A stretch of 61,482 nucleotides of DNA from an uncultured Nitrospiraceae bacterium (GCA_947085205.1 CAMTVO010000037.1:1-61482); one strand, 5' to 3'. Counted from the first letter of the stretch, positions 1 to 13,133 are shown. Notes: generated from the sequence alone by a model not told the origin. A program made the numbers and translations.

Positions 1-29
1 AAGTAAAATATAAAGACAGAGGTGTCAAA

Positions 30-350
30 ATGGCAAAGGAAAGGATTCCTAATGGCAGGTACACAAAGGAGTTCAGAGAAGAAGCAGTGAAGCTAAAAAC
101 AGAAGGTGGGTTAAGAATACCGGAGGTAGGACGCAGATTATCATTAGCTCCATCGACAATAGCATACTGGGCAAAGGCACACAAAGCTGGCAAGCTCAGG
201 GAAGTGGGAAAAACATATAGACCACTGACGGAAATAGAGATGGAACTGGCCAGGACGAAACGTGAACTGGCAGAAGTAAAGATGGAGCGAGACATATTAA
301 AAAAAGCAGCCGCGTACTTTGCGAAGGAGTCGCTGCCCAGTACGCGATGA
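30..350 (+). CDS. IS3 transposase OrfA (HTH)
   Basis: YTKEFREEAVKL HTH start and ERDILKKAAAYFAK C-terminus typical of IS3 OrfA. Confidence 0.92.
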   Translation: MAKERIPNGRYTKEFREEAVKLKTEGGLRIPEVGRRLSLAPSTIAYWAKAHKAGKLREVGKTYRPLTEIEMELARTKRELAEVKMERDILKKAAAYFAKESLPSTR

Positions 351-1210
351 TAAAAGAAATGCGGCCTAGATATTCAGTGCCGGCCTTATGCCGTTTTTTG
401 GATGTATCAATAAGCGGTTATTATTCATGGCAGAACAAGCCACCGTCAAAGCATGCACAGGAAGAAGCGAGGCTGGAAGTCGAGATCCAAGCGGCGCATA
501 AGCGCACCCGTGAGGTATGTGGAGCTGAGAAGCTTCAGCAGGATATGGCAGACAACGGCACATATGTAGGGATTTCTCGCATAAAGCGCATAAAAAGGAA
601 GCTGGGCCTTTGTTGCAAACAGAAAAAGAAATTTAAGGTCACGACTGACTCAAACCATACACTGCCAGTGGCAGAAAACGTATTAAACCAGCAATTTAAG
701 ACTACGTCTCCCAACAAGGTTTGGGTTTCAGATATAACCTATATCCCTACAGATGAGGGATGGCTTTATCTTACTGGGCACAAAGATATATTTACCGGAG
801 AGGTTGTTGGCTATGCAATGGGTAATCGCATAACTGGACAACTGGTCAGCCAGTCATTATTCAGGGCAGTGGCTGCCAAGCGTCCTGGCAATGGATTGAT
901 ACATCACTCGGACCGCGGCAGCCAGTACTGTTCATATGATTACAGTAAATTACTTAAGCAGTTTGGCATGAAGGCATCGATGAGTCGAAAAGGTAATTGT
1001 TATGACAATGCTCCTATGGAAAGTTTCTGGGGAACTCTTAAAAGTGAACTTGTTCATCATCAGAGATACAGAACCAGGCAGGAGGCGATTCAGGAGATCA
1101 GTGAATACATAGAAGTCTTTTACAACAGGCAGAGGAGGCAGGCACGACTTGGATATTTGTCCCCTGCGGCTTATGAACAGAAATTCTACAAAAGGAACCT
1201 GGCAGCATGA
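347..1210 (+). CDS. IS3 transposase OrfB (DDE/rve)
   Basis: Integrase-core motifs DITY, HSDRGSQY, ESFWGTLK, FYNRQR. Confidence 0.95.
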   Translation: MIKEMRPRYSVPALCRFLDVSISGYYSWQNKPPSKHAQEEARLEVEIQAAHKRTREVCGAEKLQQDMADNGTYVGISRIKRIKRKLGLCCKQKKKFKVTTDSNHTLPVAENVLNQQFKTTSPNKVWVSDITYIPTDEGWLYLTGHKDIFTGEVVGYAMGNRITGQLVSQSLFRAVAAKRPGNGLIHHSDRGSQYCSYDYSKLLKQFGMKASMSRKGNCYDNAPMESFWGTLKSELVHHQRYRTRQEAIQEISEYIEVFYNRQRRQARLGYLSPAAYEQKFYKRNLAA

Positions 1211-1254
1211 AGGATTTGGTATCCACTATTGACATCCGACCTCATTGATTTTAA

Positions 1255-1329
1255 TGGTAGGCACGAGGGGTATCGAACCCCTGACCTCTACCGTGTCAAG
1301 GTAGCGCTCTCCCACTGAGCTACGCGCCT
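1255..1329 (-). tRNA. tRNA-Val (GAC)
   Basis: Reverse complement reads AGGCGCGTAGCTCAGTGGGAGAGCG-CTACC TT GAC AC GGTAG-AGGTCAGGGGTTCGATACCCCTCGTGCCTACCA: cloverleaf, GAC anticodon, encoded CCA. Confidence 0.97.
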
Positions 1330-1430
1330 ATATAATTGAGATATTCATTAAAACCAAAATAACATGTTTTTGTCAAGATAAGGCGGAAATGCTTGAATGA
1401 GGACATATTCGCATGGTATGATTTTATCAA

Positions 1431-2126
1431 ATGGTTGCTTTATTGGTCATGAGTTTCTTGTTATTTAGCGGATTAGAATCCTATGCTGATATTTATCAGT
1501 ATGTATCAGATGATGGTATGGTTCACTTTACCAACACGCCGATGGACAGAAGCGGCAAGGTAATAATAAAAGAAAAAAACTCTTATCAGAAGCCTGATAA
1601 AAATTACAGCAAGAGTTATATAAACGGAGAGAGATTTCAGAATATAACAGAAGAGAAGGCAAAACAACATAATATTGACCCTAAGCTTGTGAAGGCTGTT
1701 ATTAAGGCAGAATCAAACTGGAATCCAAATGCTGTTTCTCCCAAGGGAGCATTGGGCCTTATGCAACTGATGCCTTCGACTGCCTCAATAATGGGTGTCA
1801 GCAATCCCTTTAATCCGGAGGATAATATTGACGGCGGAATAAGGTATCTGAAATATTTACTCCAAAAATTTAACGGAAATCTTACCCTTGCACTCGCCGC
1901 ATACAATGCAGGCCCGAATCTTGTGGAGAGGATAAAAGGCGTACCTCCTATTCAGGAGACCGTAACATATGTTAAAAGAGTCATAAGCTACTATTCTAAA
2001 AACGGTGGAACGAATCTCGATTCGGGAGACATAAAAACACAAAATAGAATTCATAAAATTGTTTTAAATGACGGCACAGTGCTTTTTACCAATTCATATC
2101 TTGCCGGCTCATATACTGAAAATTAA
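1431..2126 (+). CDS. Lytic transglycosylase (SLT domain) with N-terminal DUF4124-like domain
   Basis: AESNWNP, GLMQLMP and ALAAYNAG SLT motifs; signal peptide; DGMVHFTN. Confidence 0.9.
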   Translation: MVALLVMSFLLFSGLESYADIYQYVSDDGMVHFTNTPMDRSGKVIIKEKNSYQKPDKNYSKSYINGERFQNITEEKAKQHNIDPKLVKAVIKAESNWNPNAVSPKGALGLMQLMPSTASIMGVSNPFNPEDNIDGGIRYLKYLLQKFNGNLTLALAAYNAGPNLVERIKGVPPIQETVTYVKRVISYYSKNGGTNLDSGDIKTQNRIHKIVLNDGTVLFTNSYLAGSYTEN

Positions 2127-2135
2127 GGGTCTTAA

Positions 2136-3113
2136 GTGTCAGAAGCGATAATAGAAGAGATTTTAAAATTAAAGGAACAAAGAAACGCCATAATCCTCTC
2201 GCATAACTACCAAAGGGGTGAGGTGCAGGATATTGCCGACTTTATTGGCGATTCCCTTGAACTCTCAAGGACAGCAGCAGAGATAGACTGCGATGTGATA
2301 GTCTTCTGCGGCGTGCATTTCATGGCCGAGAGCGCCTCCATACTCTCGCCCGATAAAACCGTGCTCTTGCCAGAGCTGGATGCAGGATGTCCTATGGCAG
2401 ACATGATTCAGGTTAGTTCTCCGAGAAAGGTCTGGAAGACATTCCATGGATATGAGATCCAGCCGACATTTGTATTTCCACACGAATTCACTTTAAGAGA
2501 CATCAAGGCCAAATATCCCGGCATTCCGGTAGTTGCTTATGTTAATACGACCGCCGGTGTAAAAGCGGAAAGCGATATATGCTGCACTTCGGCAAATGTG
2601 GTGAAGGTGATGGAATCGCTTCCTGATGAAAAAGTGATATGCATACCTGACAGGAATCTCTCGCTGTGGGCCCAAAAGAACACGAAAAAACAGGTGATTG
2701 CATGGGACGGCTTTTGCCATGTGCATGACAGGATTACAAAAAGGGATGTTCTAAAGGCAAGAGAAGAATATCCGAATGCCCTTTTAATGGCCCATCCAGA
2801 ATGCAGGCTTGAGGTGCTTGAGCTTGCAGACCATGTCACAAGCACATCAGGGATGCTCAGGTTTGCAAAGGCATCTGATGCAAAGGAATTTATCGTCGGA
2901 ACAGAGACTGGGCTTATGCACAGATTAAAGAAGGAAAATCCCGACAAAATCTTTTATCCCCTGAGAAAAGATATGATTTGCCCGAATATGAAGAAGACTA
3001 CGCTGAAAAGCGTTTTAACATCTCTCAAAGAGATGAAAAATGTGATAAAGGTTCCAGAAGATATAAGGATTCCTGCTAAAAGGGCATTGGACAGGATGCT
3101 CGAGATAAAATAG
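2136..3113 (+). CDS. nadA: Quinolinate synthase
   Basis: HNYQ, FCGVHFMAE, AGCPMAD, HPEC, CPNMK motifs. Confidence 0.95.
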   Translation: MSEAIIEEILKLKEQRNAIILSHNYQRGEVQDIADFIGDSLELSRTAAEIDCDVIVFCGVHFMAESASILSPDKTVLLPELDAGCPMADMIQVSSPRKVWKTFHGYEIQPTFVFPHEFTLRDIKAKYPGIPVVAYVNTTAGVKAESDICCTSANVVKVMESLPDEKVICIPDRNLSLWAQKNTKKQVIAWDGFCHVHDRITKRDVLKAREEYPNALLMAHPECRLEVLELADHVTSTSGMLRFAKASDAKEFIVGTETGLMHRLKKENPDKIFYPLRKDMICPNMKKTTLKSVLTSLKEMKNVIKVPEDIRIPAKRALDRMLEIK

Positions 3114-4225
3114 TGTCCCTCCTTAAACAAAAGATTATCGAAAAGATAAGAACAGAAGGGCCCATCAATTTTGAGACATTCATGGATATGTGTCTTTATT
3201 ATCCCGGCCTCGGTTATTACGCAAAGGACACAACAAAGATAGGCAGAGTCGGAGATTTCTACACAAGCCCTCATCTTCATTCCATGTTCGGCGCAATGCT
3301 CGGCAGGCAGATGGAGGAGATGTGGATGATTATTGGAAAACCTGAAATTTTTCATGCCGTTGAGATGGGAGCAGGAATGGGCTATCTTGCAAAGGATATG
3401 CTTGAATATTTAAAAAATAGAAATATTTTTCAGCATATCAGATATGTCATTGTTGAGATAAGCCCGCATATGAAGGCAAATCAAGAGAGATTGCTTTCAG
3501 AATTCAGAGATAAGGTTAGTTGGGCTTCAAGTATAAATGAATTAGAATCCGTCACCGGATGCTTTATGTCCAATGAGCTTCTGGATGCCTTTCCTGTAAG
3601 GCTTGTTGAGATGGATAATGAGTTGAAAGAAATCTTTGTATCTGTAGAAGAAGATGATTTAGTCGAACTGAAAATGGCGTGCAGCAAGGAGGTCGTGGAA
3701 TATTTTCAAGAGTTCTCTATCGAGCTTTCAAAGGGCTACAGGACAGAGGTTAATCTGAAAATCAAAGAATGGCTGCGGGAAGTTAGCAATAAGCTTTCTC
3801 AAGGATTTATTCTTACTATAGATTACGGCTATTCAGCGCATAACTATTACAGCGAAGACAGAAACAGGGGAACCCTTCTTTGTTACCATCAGCACCAGAT
3901 AAACGAGAACTCTTATCGGAATATTGGAGAGCAGGATCTGACCGCCCATGTGAATTTTTCGTCATTGAAAAAATGGGGAGATAAATTGGGATTGAAGACT
4001 ATCGGATTTTGTCCACAAGGCACTTATCTTGTATCGCTCGGAATAGATGAAGTGATAATTGAGCTTTACGGAGATTCGCCTGATGCCTTTGAGATTGCAA
4101 AGGTCAAGGGCTTGATTCTGCCTCAGGGCATGGGCGCATCGCATAATGTGATGATACAATATAATGGCGATGGCGAGCCGAAATTAAGGGGATTTGCTTT
4201 CAGGAATCAGATGAAATATCTCTGA
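3113..4225 (+). CDS. SAM-dependent methyltransferase, MidA/NDUFAF7 family
   Basis: GDFYTSP, EMGAGMG, NELLDAFP, QDLTAHVNF motifs. Confidence 0.88.
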   Translation: MSLLKQKIIEKIRTEGPINFETFMDMCLYYPGLGYYAKDTTKIGRVGDFYTSPHLHSMFGAMLGRQMEEMWMIIGKPEIFHAVEMGAGMGYLAKDMLEYLKNRNIFQHIRYVIVEISPHMKANQERLLSEFRDKVSWASSINELESVTGCFMSNELLDAFPVRLVEMDNELKEIFVSVEEDDLVELKMACSKEVVEYFQEFSIELSKGYRTEVNLKIKEWLREVSNKLSQGFILTIDYGYSAHNYYSEDRNRGTLLCYHQHQINENSYRNIGEQDLTAHVNFSSLKKWGDKLGLKTIGFCPQGTYLVSLGIDEVIIELYGDSPDAFEIAKVKGLILPQGMGASHNVMIQYNGDGEPKLRGFAFRNQMKYL

Positions 4226-4986
4226 TAATCTTTCAACCTCTCAATGCTTTTTAAGACCATTTCAGGTGTATGCGCTTCAACGGTATAAATGCAGTTGTTG
4301 TCTTTTAGTTCGGAGAATAAGGTGTTGAAGTCGAATGTCCCTTCTCCAATAGAGCAATGTAAATCAGCGCTTTTGTCGTTATCATGAAGATGCAGTTCAA
4401 CGATATACGCATTAAGCTCTTCAAGCCATTTTTCTAAAGCGACGTTTGAAAAGAGATTACAGTGTCCTGTGTCAAAGCATATGCCGAAATTGTCAGAATC
4501 CATTTGCTCCATTAGAAGCCTTAGATTTGTCGGCTCATCTTCAAATATATTTTCGATGGCTATTTTTACACCAATGTTTTTTGCCCTTTCATTCAACGGC
4601 TTCCATGTTTCAACGCTCTTTTCAAGCCATACGTCTATTTTTAGGGCATACTTCCATTTCTCATAACCTGAATGGAAGACTACTGTTTTAGGCCTTAAAA
4701 CTTCGGCAATATCGAGGATATGGCTGAACCTTTCGATTGTGGCATTTCTCACTTTTGAGTCGATTGCGCCCGGAGAGAGATCCATAAATGGCGCATGGAA
4801 TGAAAGTGAAGGATTGTAATCAAGAATGCCTTTCAGTTTGAGTACGGAATCCTTATCAAGATTATCAAGGATATTCGAATTGAAATAGATTTCAAGATTC
4901 AAGCTGTTCTGTTTTATAAATTGAATATAGCCCCTTATCTTTTCGTAGGGGACATGGATATGGGGGATTATCGTATTTTGCGGCAT
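4207..4986 (-). CDS. Sugar phosphate isomerase/epimerase (AP-endonuclease-2 TIM barrel)
   Basis: IEN, FDTGH, LHLHDN metal-binding motifs. Confidence 0.85.
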   Translation of the reverse strand: MPQNTIIPHIHVPYEKIRGYIQFIKQNSLNLEIYFNSNILDNLDKDSVLKLKGILDYNPSLSFHAPFMDLSPGAIDSKVRNATIERFSHILDIAEVLRPKTVVFHSGYEKWKYALKIDVWLEKSVETWKPLNERAKNIGVKIAIENIFEDEPTNLRLLMEQMDSDNFGICFDTGHCNLFSNVALEKWLEELNAYIVELHLHDNDKSADLHCSIGEGTFDFNTLFSELKDNNCIYTVEAHTPEMVLKSIERLKDYQRYFI

Positions 4987-5288
4987 TATTTTGCGGCAGC
5001 CGTTTCTTTTGTTGTTTCTGTTTTAGTCTCTGATTTAGTCTCTGTCTTTGTTTCAGCGGATTTTTTATCGGAAGTTCCTTTTTCTGAATCAATGGCCTTT
5101 TTTCTCTCGGACGATGCGTAGTCTGTCACATACCATCCGCTTCCTTTCAATACAAACGAGGTGTTAGATATTAGCTTCTTCATCTGGCCGCCGCAGTCGG
5201 GGCATTCGGTCAACGGCGCATCGCTGAATTTCTGTATCGCCTCATGATTCTTCTCGCAAGCGAGACATTCGTATTCGTATACCGGCAT
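4986..5288 (-). CDS. FmdB-family zinc-ribbon protein
   Basis: [28 protein letters not shown]. Start moved to the ATG at 5288 behind a GGAGG RBS. Confidence 0.9.
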   Translation of the reverse strand: MPVYEYECLACEKNHEAIQKFSDAPLTECPDCGGQMKKLISNTSFVLKGSGWYVTDYASSERKKAIDSEKGTSDKKSAETKTETKSETKTETTKETAAAK

Positions 5289-5432
5289 TGTTGTACCTCC
5301 TGAAACTTTAAGATAACATATAAATATAACCAAGTGGATGCATTCAGGTCAAGGATGCAGGGTGCAAATTATTGACTTTTTTGCGCTAATTCTGGTTAGA
5401 TATTAGTCTATAATCAATCCGGAGGTGATAGT

Positions 5433-5747
5433 ATGTATGCAATTATAGAGACAGGCGGAGAGCAGATAAGGGTTTCTGAAGGCGATAAGGTCTGCGTTGA
5501 TAAAATCAAGGGAGATATTAATTCCGAGATAGCGCTTGACAAGGTATTGATGGTCTCAAAAAATGATAAGATAGTTTGCGGTAAGCCGTATGTTCAGGGC
5601 GCAAGCGTAAAGGCTGAAATTGTGGAAGCAGGCAAGATGCCCAAGGTTCTTGTTTTTGGACCGAGGCCGAAAAAGGCCCACAGGAAATTAAAGGGACACA
5701 GGCAGCAGTATACAAAATTAAAAATTAAAGAAATAACCATAACATAG
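5433..5747 (+). CDS. rplU: 50S ribosomal protein L21
   Basis: MYAIIETGG...GHRQQYT, upstream of rpmA. Confidence 0.95.
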   Translation: MYAIIETGGEQIRVSEGDKVCVDKIKGDINSEIALDKVLMVSKNDKIVCGKPYVQGASVKAEIVEAGKMPKVLVFGPRPKKAHRKLKGHRQQYTKLKIKEITIT

Positions 5748-5760
5748 GCGGAGGTTAAAA

Positions 5761-6045
5761 ATGGCACATAAAAAAGGCGTTGGAAGCTCAAGAAATGGCC
5801 GTGATAGCGCATCACAAAGACTCGGCGTAAAAAGATTTGGCGGACAGGTTGTCCGTGCAGGAAATATACTTGTAAGGCAGCGCGGGACAAAATTTCATCC
5901 GGGCAGCAATGTCGGCAAAGGATCTGATGACACGCTGTTTGCATTGATAGATGGAGTTGTTACATTTGAGAGGAAGGACAGGACAAGGAAGAAGATTAGC
6001 GTCTATCCTGTCCATGAAGTGCAGATTGCAGCAGTTACGGTGTAA
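5761..6045 (+). CDS. rpmA: 50S ribosomal protein L27
   Basis: [16 protein letters not shown]...[10 protein letters not shown]. Confidence 0.98.
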   Translation: MAHKKGVGSSRNGRDSASQRLGVKRFGGQVVRAGNILVRQRGTKFHPGSNVGKGSDDTLFALIDGVVTFERKDRTRKKISVYPVHEVQIAAVTV

Positions 6046-6059
6046 CTGAAAATAAATAG

Positions 6060-8203
<2,144 letters not shown>

Positions 8204-8212
<9 letters not shown>

Positions 8213-10267
8213 TTTTGAAAAATCGGCAATTTGAAGGGCAAGGGGTTGAATGTTTTTAATCAATGAAAGGCGGTTCTGCTTTATTTCATCATTTTTATCC
8301 ATCACAAGAACCTTATCGAAGAATGTGTTTATCGGTTCCTTAAGGGTCATTAAAACCTTTATGGCGTCGTGATATTTGTTTTCATTGATAAGAGAATTCA
8401 TATGAGATCTCACAGATTCCAATGCCTTATACAGCATCACTTCTTCTTCCTGTTTAAACAGTTCCGAATTTACAGGAGGCGCTTCATTTTTAGGAGCAAT
8501 GTTATTGACCCTTTTAACAGCAAGAAGGAATGACTCATAATCAGGGTCTTCTTTAAATTTTTGTATTGCATCGAGCCTTTCTCTAATTGTGTAAAAGGGT
8601 TTGTCCTTCGCAAAACTTATTACTGAAGATATAGAATCAACGGAATAGCCGCTTGACTGAAATAGCGGCTCTATCCTTTGTTCAAAGAATTTTATGAGGT
8701 TATTTGTCAGATCTTCTTTATTGTCAAGCCATGCTTGAGGCAGAGATTTATCCAGTAGTTCAGAAATATTCAAATCATAACGATTTTTTAAGAGTATCGA
8801 AATTACTCCTAATGCCTGTCGTCTCAGCGCAAAGGGGTCTTCTGTTCCTGTTGGCGTGAGCCCTAACATGAAGAAGGATACGATATTGTCCAGCTTGTCA
8901 GACAGGCTCAGAACCGCTCCTATGGCTGTTTCAGGAAGCCTGTCTCCTGAATGCGCAGGTAAATACTGGTCTGACAATGCCTTTGCAATATCTTCATTGT
9001 AGCCGTCATTGACAGCATAATAACCGCCCATTATTCCCTGAAGTTCCGGGAATTCCCCCACAACTCCGGAAATAAGGTCGGTCTTTGACAACAGGGCTGC
9101 TGTATGTATAGCCTCTTTTTTTTCAGGGCAGCATTTATCCGCTATGAAATCTGCTATTGAAGCAATGCGCTGGCATTTGTCGTAAAGGCTGCCAAGCTTG
9201 TCGTGGTATATGACCTTTTTTAGCCCTTCGAGCCTTTCCTTAAGGGATGTCTTTTTGTCATCTTCATAGTAAAAGCGCGCATCTTCAAATCGTGCCTTTA
9301 TAACTTTTTCAGCGCCCTTTTTAATCATCTCAGCATTGTCCTGCTTTGTATTGCTTATAACGATGAAATGATTTGTCAGCCTGCCATGTTCATCCTCCAG
9401 CGCAAAATATTTCTGGTGTCCCTTCATGACGGTTATAAGCAGCTCTTTCGGGAGATAGAGGTATTCCGCCGGAAATGTCCCGAGAACTGGAACCGGATAT
9501 TCAACAAGGTTTGTTACGTGCTGAAACAGATCTTCATCTTCTATAAGCAAGGCATTTACCGACGAGGCAAGTTTTTTTGCCCCGTCCAGTATTATTTTTT
9601 TCCTATCTTCTGGGTCGAGTATCGCAAAACTATTTCTGAGCAGGTTGATATATGCCTTGCAATCCTTTATCTCAAAAGCTGCAGGAGAAAGAAATCTGTG
9701 TCCTCTCGTCATGTTGTCGCTTTTTAAGCCGTCTATTTCAAAGGCAACTTTTTTGTTATCGTACGTCGCGAGTATCCAGTGTATTGGTCTGGCAAACCTG
9801 AGGCTGCCTTTGCCCCACCGCATTGATTTGGGAAAGTTTAATGAGAGGATAATTTTCGGCAGTATTTCTGGCAGGAGGTCTGCAGTGTTTTGTGCGCTTT
9901 CTTTAATTATCGCCACCACATAAGTCCCTTTGCCTTTTTCCTTTCTTATTAAATCCTTGATATTCAATCCGTGTGTCTTTGCAAATGCCTCTGCCGCCTT
10001 AGTCGGGTTTCCATCTTTATCGAACGCGGCATTTACAGGGGGCCCCCATATCTCTTTTTCTGCTGCTTCCTGCAATGCGCTTATTTCAGCAATCAGCGAT
10101 AATCTCCTCGGAGTTGCATAGGTCTTTATGGATTTGTAAGAAATCCTGTTTTCGGAGAATATCTTCCCGGCATTTTCCTTAAGCCTGACTATAGCATCAG
10201 GAAGGAATCTCGCCGGAATCTCTTCTGTGCCTGTCTCAAGCAATAAAAGTGAAAATTGATTATCCAT
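8204..10267 (-). CDS. glyS: Glycyl-tRNA synthetase beta subunit
   Basis: GTEEIPA, TPRRL, EFPELQG, DPFALRR. Confidence 0.96.
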
Positions 10268-10308
10268 ATTTTTCTTCTACTTCTTACTTTTTACTTCTCA
10301 CTTCTTAA

Positions 10309-11175
10309 TTATCTCAGAAGCGGAAACCCCATCTCCTCTCTCTGCTTCAGAAATGCCTCTGCACAGAGCTTTGCAAGCGCCCTTACTCTTGCAATGTAAC
10401 CTGTCCTTTCTGTTACAGACAACACGCCCCTTGCATCGAGCAGATTGAATGTATGTGAGCATTTAAGGCAGAATTCATAAGACGGAAGCACTAATCCAAG
10501 CTTATTCATCTTTTTTGATTCATTTTCATAGGCATCAAATTGTTTTATTAATAGGTCGGTATTTGCATAATCAAAGTTGAATTTAGAAAACTCTATCTCT
10601 CCCTGCTTGTGTATTTCTCCGTAATTAATGCCTTTGCACCACTCTATTTCGAAAAGATTGTCTATCTCCTGAAGATACATGGCGATCCTTTCGAGGCCGT
10701 ATGTTATCTCCACAGAAACAGGCTTGAGGTCTATTCCACCGACCTGCTGGAAATATGTAAACTGAGTTATCTCCATGCTGTCGAGCCATACCTCCCATCC
10801 CAATCCCCATGCTCCCAGTGTCGGTGATTCCCAGTCATCCTCGACAAAACGTATGTCGTGTTTTAAGGGGTCTATTCCGATGTGTGAGAGGCTTTCGAGG
10901 TATAATTCCTGGCTCTCCAGAGGAGAAGGTTTTAATATAACCTGATATTGGTAATAATGCTGGAGTCTGTTTGGATTTTCGCCGTATCTTCCGTCTGTAG
11001 GCCTTCTTGATGGCTCCACATATGCTGTTTTCCAAGGTTCCGGCCCTATTACTCTGAAAAAAGTGGCGGGATGGAATGTGCCTGCGCCTACTTCAATGTC
11101 ATAAGGCTGAAGCAGGGTGCAGCCCTTCTTTGACCAGAATTCATGCAATTTTAGTATTAAATCCTGAAAATACAT
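10309..11175 (-). CDS. glyQ: Glycyl-tRNA synthetase alpha subunit
   Basis: [32 protein letters not shown]. Confidence 0.98.
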   Translation of the reverse strand: MYFQDLILKLHEFWSKKGCTLLQPYDIEVGAGTFHPATFFRVIGPEPWKTAYVEPSRRPTDGRYGENPNRLQHYYQYQVILKPSPLESQELYLESLSHIGIDPLKHDIRFVEDDWESPTLGAWGLGWEVWLDSMEITQFTYFQQVGGIDLKPVSVEITYGLERIAMYLQEIDNLFEIEWCKGINYGEIHKQGEIEFSKFNFDYANTDLLIKQFDAYENESKKMNKLGLVLPSYEFCLKCSHTFNLLDARGVLSVTERTGYIARVRALAKLCAEAFLKQREEMGFPLLR

Positions 11176-11255
11176 GCGCCTCTTATTGAATCAGAAAAAT
11201 GAATAATCATGTTATATAAAAAAGAAATCCTTTGTCAAATAAAATACCTTTTTTG

Positions 11256-11285
11256 TTGACACAACTGAATATATAAACATATAAT
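11256..11285 (+). promoter_or_regulatory. Sigma70-type promoter for the DEAD-box helicase gene
   Basis: TTGACA-N18-TATAAT. Confidence 0.65.
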
Positions 11286-11373
11286 AAATAACATAAGTTT
11301 CACTAAATCCCTCAGAGGATTTTAAAGAAACCCTGAGGGTTTTTATTTGGAAAGCAACAAAAGAGAGGTAAAA

Positions 11374-12936
11374 ATGAAGTTTGAAGATTTTTCTTTAGGT
11401 AAAGAAGTATTGAAGTCCATATCAGAGATAGGGTTTGAGGAGCCGACGCCGATTCAGGTCTCCGCAATCCCTATGGTATTAAGCGGGCTGGATATTGTAG
11501 GACAGGCTCAGACAGGCACAGGCAAGACAGCCGCCTTTGGAATTCCAATTGTTGAGAGATGCGAGAAGGGCAAGAATCCTTTTGCAATTATTCTTGAGCC
11601 TACAAGGGAGCTTGCAGTACAGGTATCTCAGGAGATAAATAAGATAGGCACGTTCAGGAAGGTTAATGTATTGCCTGTTTACGGCGGCACTTCGATTGAA
11701 AGGCAGATAAAGGCATTACAGCGGGGCGTGGATGTTGTTGTCGGCACTCCCGGCCGTATTATAGACCATATAAACAGGAAGACCATGTCCCTTTCGAATA
11801 TAAAAATAGTGGTTCTCGATGAAGCTGACGAAATGCTTAATATGGGCTTTATAGACGATATTGAGACGATACTCAAAACCACTCCGTCAGAAAGGCAGAC
11901 CCTCTTGTTCTCGGCAACAATGCCCCAGCCGATAATGGACATTGCAAAGAGGTATATGAAAAAACCCGAGAAGATAAGGGTTAATACAAAGGATGTTATC
12001 GTATCGAAGATAAAGCAGATATTTTATGAAGTCAGGGAAGGGGATAAGATAAACGCACTTTCGAGGCTCATAGACGTAGAAGACCCTCAGCTTGCCATTA
12101 TATTCTGTCATACAAAGCGCGAGGTTGACGAGGTCTCCATGAAGTTAGGACAGATGGGATACCTTGCAGGCGCGCTTCACGGCGATTATACGCAGGCAAG
12201 AAGGGAAGAGGTCATGGGCAAGTTCAAAAAGGGCTTGTTCGATATACTTGTTGCAACTGATGTTGCCGCACGCGGACTCGATATACAGAATGTGACGCAT
12301 GTAATCAATTACAGCATCCCGCAAAATCCTGAAAGCTATATCCACAGGATCGGAAGGACAGGAAGGGCAGGAAAGTCAGGGATAGCGATTACCCTTGTCA
12401 CGCCGAGGGAATACAGGCATTTAAGGCTTATAGAAAAGACAGCACAGACCGTTATTGACAGGAAAAAACTTCCTTCAGCGGCAGATGTTATGAAGGCAAG
12501 GGAAAAGAACATTGTCAAGGATATTGAAGATATAATCAGAGAAAACAGGCATACCGGCTATGCCTCTTCGGTTAAAGAGCTTTCTGAACAATACAGCTTC
12601 GGCGATATTGCGGCAGCAGCACTTTATGCAGCTTACGGAGAGATAAAAGAAGCTCCTGTTGAAGAACGATATGAAAAGGCAGAGGCCAAAAACGGAATGG
12701 TCCGTCTGTTTATGACCATCGGCAGAAAGGACAAGATAAAAGTACCGGATATAGTGAAGTCTATTGCGGCAGAGGCAAATATTCCACACAGCAAGATCGG
12801 AAATATAGACGTCCTCGATAAATTTACCTTTGTGGAAGTCCCTGAAGACCTTGCAGACAGGGTAATACGCTCTGTTGACGACATGGTAATGAAGGGCAGA
12901 AGGGTGAAAATTCAGCCGGCAAAGGCAAGAAGTTAA
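11374..12936 (+). CDS. DEAD-box RNA helicase with DbpA-type C-terminal RNA-binding domain (DeaD/CshA-like)
   Basis: AQTGTGKT, PTREL, DEAD, SAT, HRIGRTGR. ATG at 11374 behind GAGG. Confidence 0.93.
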   Translation: MKFEDFSLGKEVLKSISEIGFEEPTPIQVSAIPMVLSGLDIVGQAQTGTGKTAAFGIPIVERCEKGKNPFAIILEPTRELAVQVSQEINKIGTFRKVNVLPVYGGTSIERQIKALQRGVDVVVGTPGRIIDHINRKTMSLSNIKIVVLDEADEMLNMGFIDDIETILKTTPSERQTLLFSATMPQPIMDIAKRYMKKPEKIRVNTKDVIVSKIKQIFYEVREGDKINALSRLIDVEDPQLAIIFCHTKREVDEVSMKLGQMGYLAGALHGDYTQARREEVMGKFKKGLFDILVATDVAARGLDIQNVTHVINYSIPQNPESYIHRIGRTGRAGKSGIAITLVTPREYRHLRLIEKTAQTVIDRKKLPSAADVMKAREKNIVKDIEDIIRENRHTGYASSVKELSEQYSFGDIAAAALYAAYGEIKEAPVEERYEKAEAKNGMVRLFMTIGRKDKIKVPDIVKSIAAEANIPHSKIGNIDVLDKFTFVEVPEDLADRVIRSVDDMVMKGRRVKIQPAKARS

Positions 12937-12937
12937 T

Positions 12938-12967
12938 TTGACATTTTTCAATTTGTTAATTTATAGT
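12938..12967 (+). promoter_or_regulatory. Sigma70-type promoter of the thi operon
   Basis: TTGACA-N18-TATAGT directly upstream of the riboswitch. Confidence 0.6.
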
Positions 12968-12971
12968 TTAA

Positions 12972-13066
12972 CCATCCCTGGGGGAGGCTTATCCAGCCTG
13001 AGAGTTTCCAGAAAAGGAAAGACCCCATGAACCTGATCCAGATAATCCTGGCGTAGGAAACGGGAA
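12972..13066 (+). ncRNA. TPP riboswitch
   Basis: GGGG...CTGAGA...ACCCCATGAACCTGATCCAGATAATCCTGGCGTAGG consensus upstream of thiS-thiG-thiE-thiC. Confidence 0.93.
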
Positions 13067-13082
13067 TTTAGAGATAAAATCC

Positions 13083-13122
13083 AATCCTCTATTCCTCGCA
13101 GGGATAGAGGATTTTTATTTTT
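13083..13122 (+). terminator. Riboswitch-controlled intrinsic terminator
   Basis: AATCCTCTATTCCT-CGC-AGGGATAGAGGATT then TTTATTTTT. Confidence 0.85.
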
Positions 13123-13133
13123 AGGACTATGAA

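Larger units (their letters stand above)
1..1244 (+). mobile_element. IS3-family insertion sequence (left end truncated by window edge)
   Basis: orfA (HTH) overlaps orfB (DDE integrase core: WVSDITY, HHSDRGSQY, DNAPMESFW). A7G slippery site at 299-306. Probable right end ...GACATCCGACCTCA at 1244, ending in CA as IS3 ends do. Confidence 0.92.

Noticed and set aside
5000..5060. Repeats at the 3' end of the FmdB gene ([14 protein letters not shown])
   Set aside because: Codon-multiple low-complexity tail common in this family.
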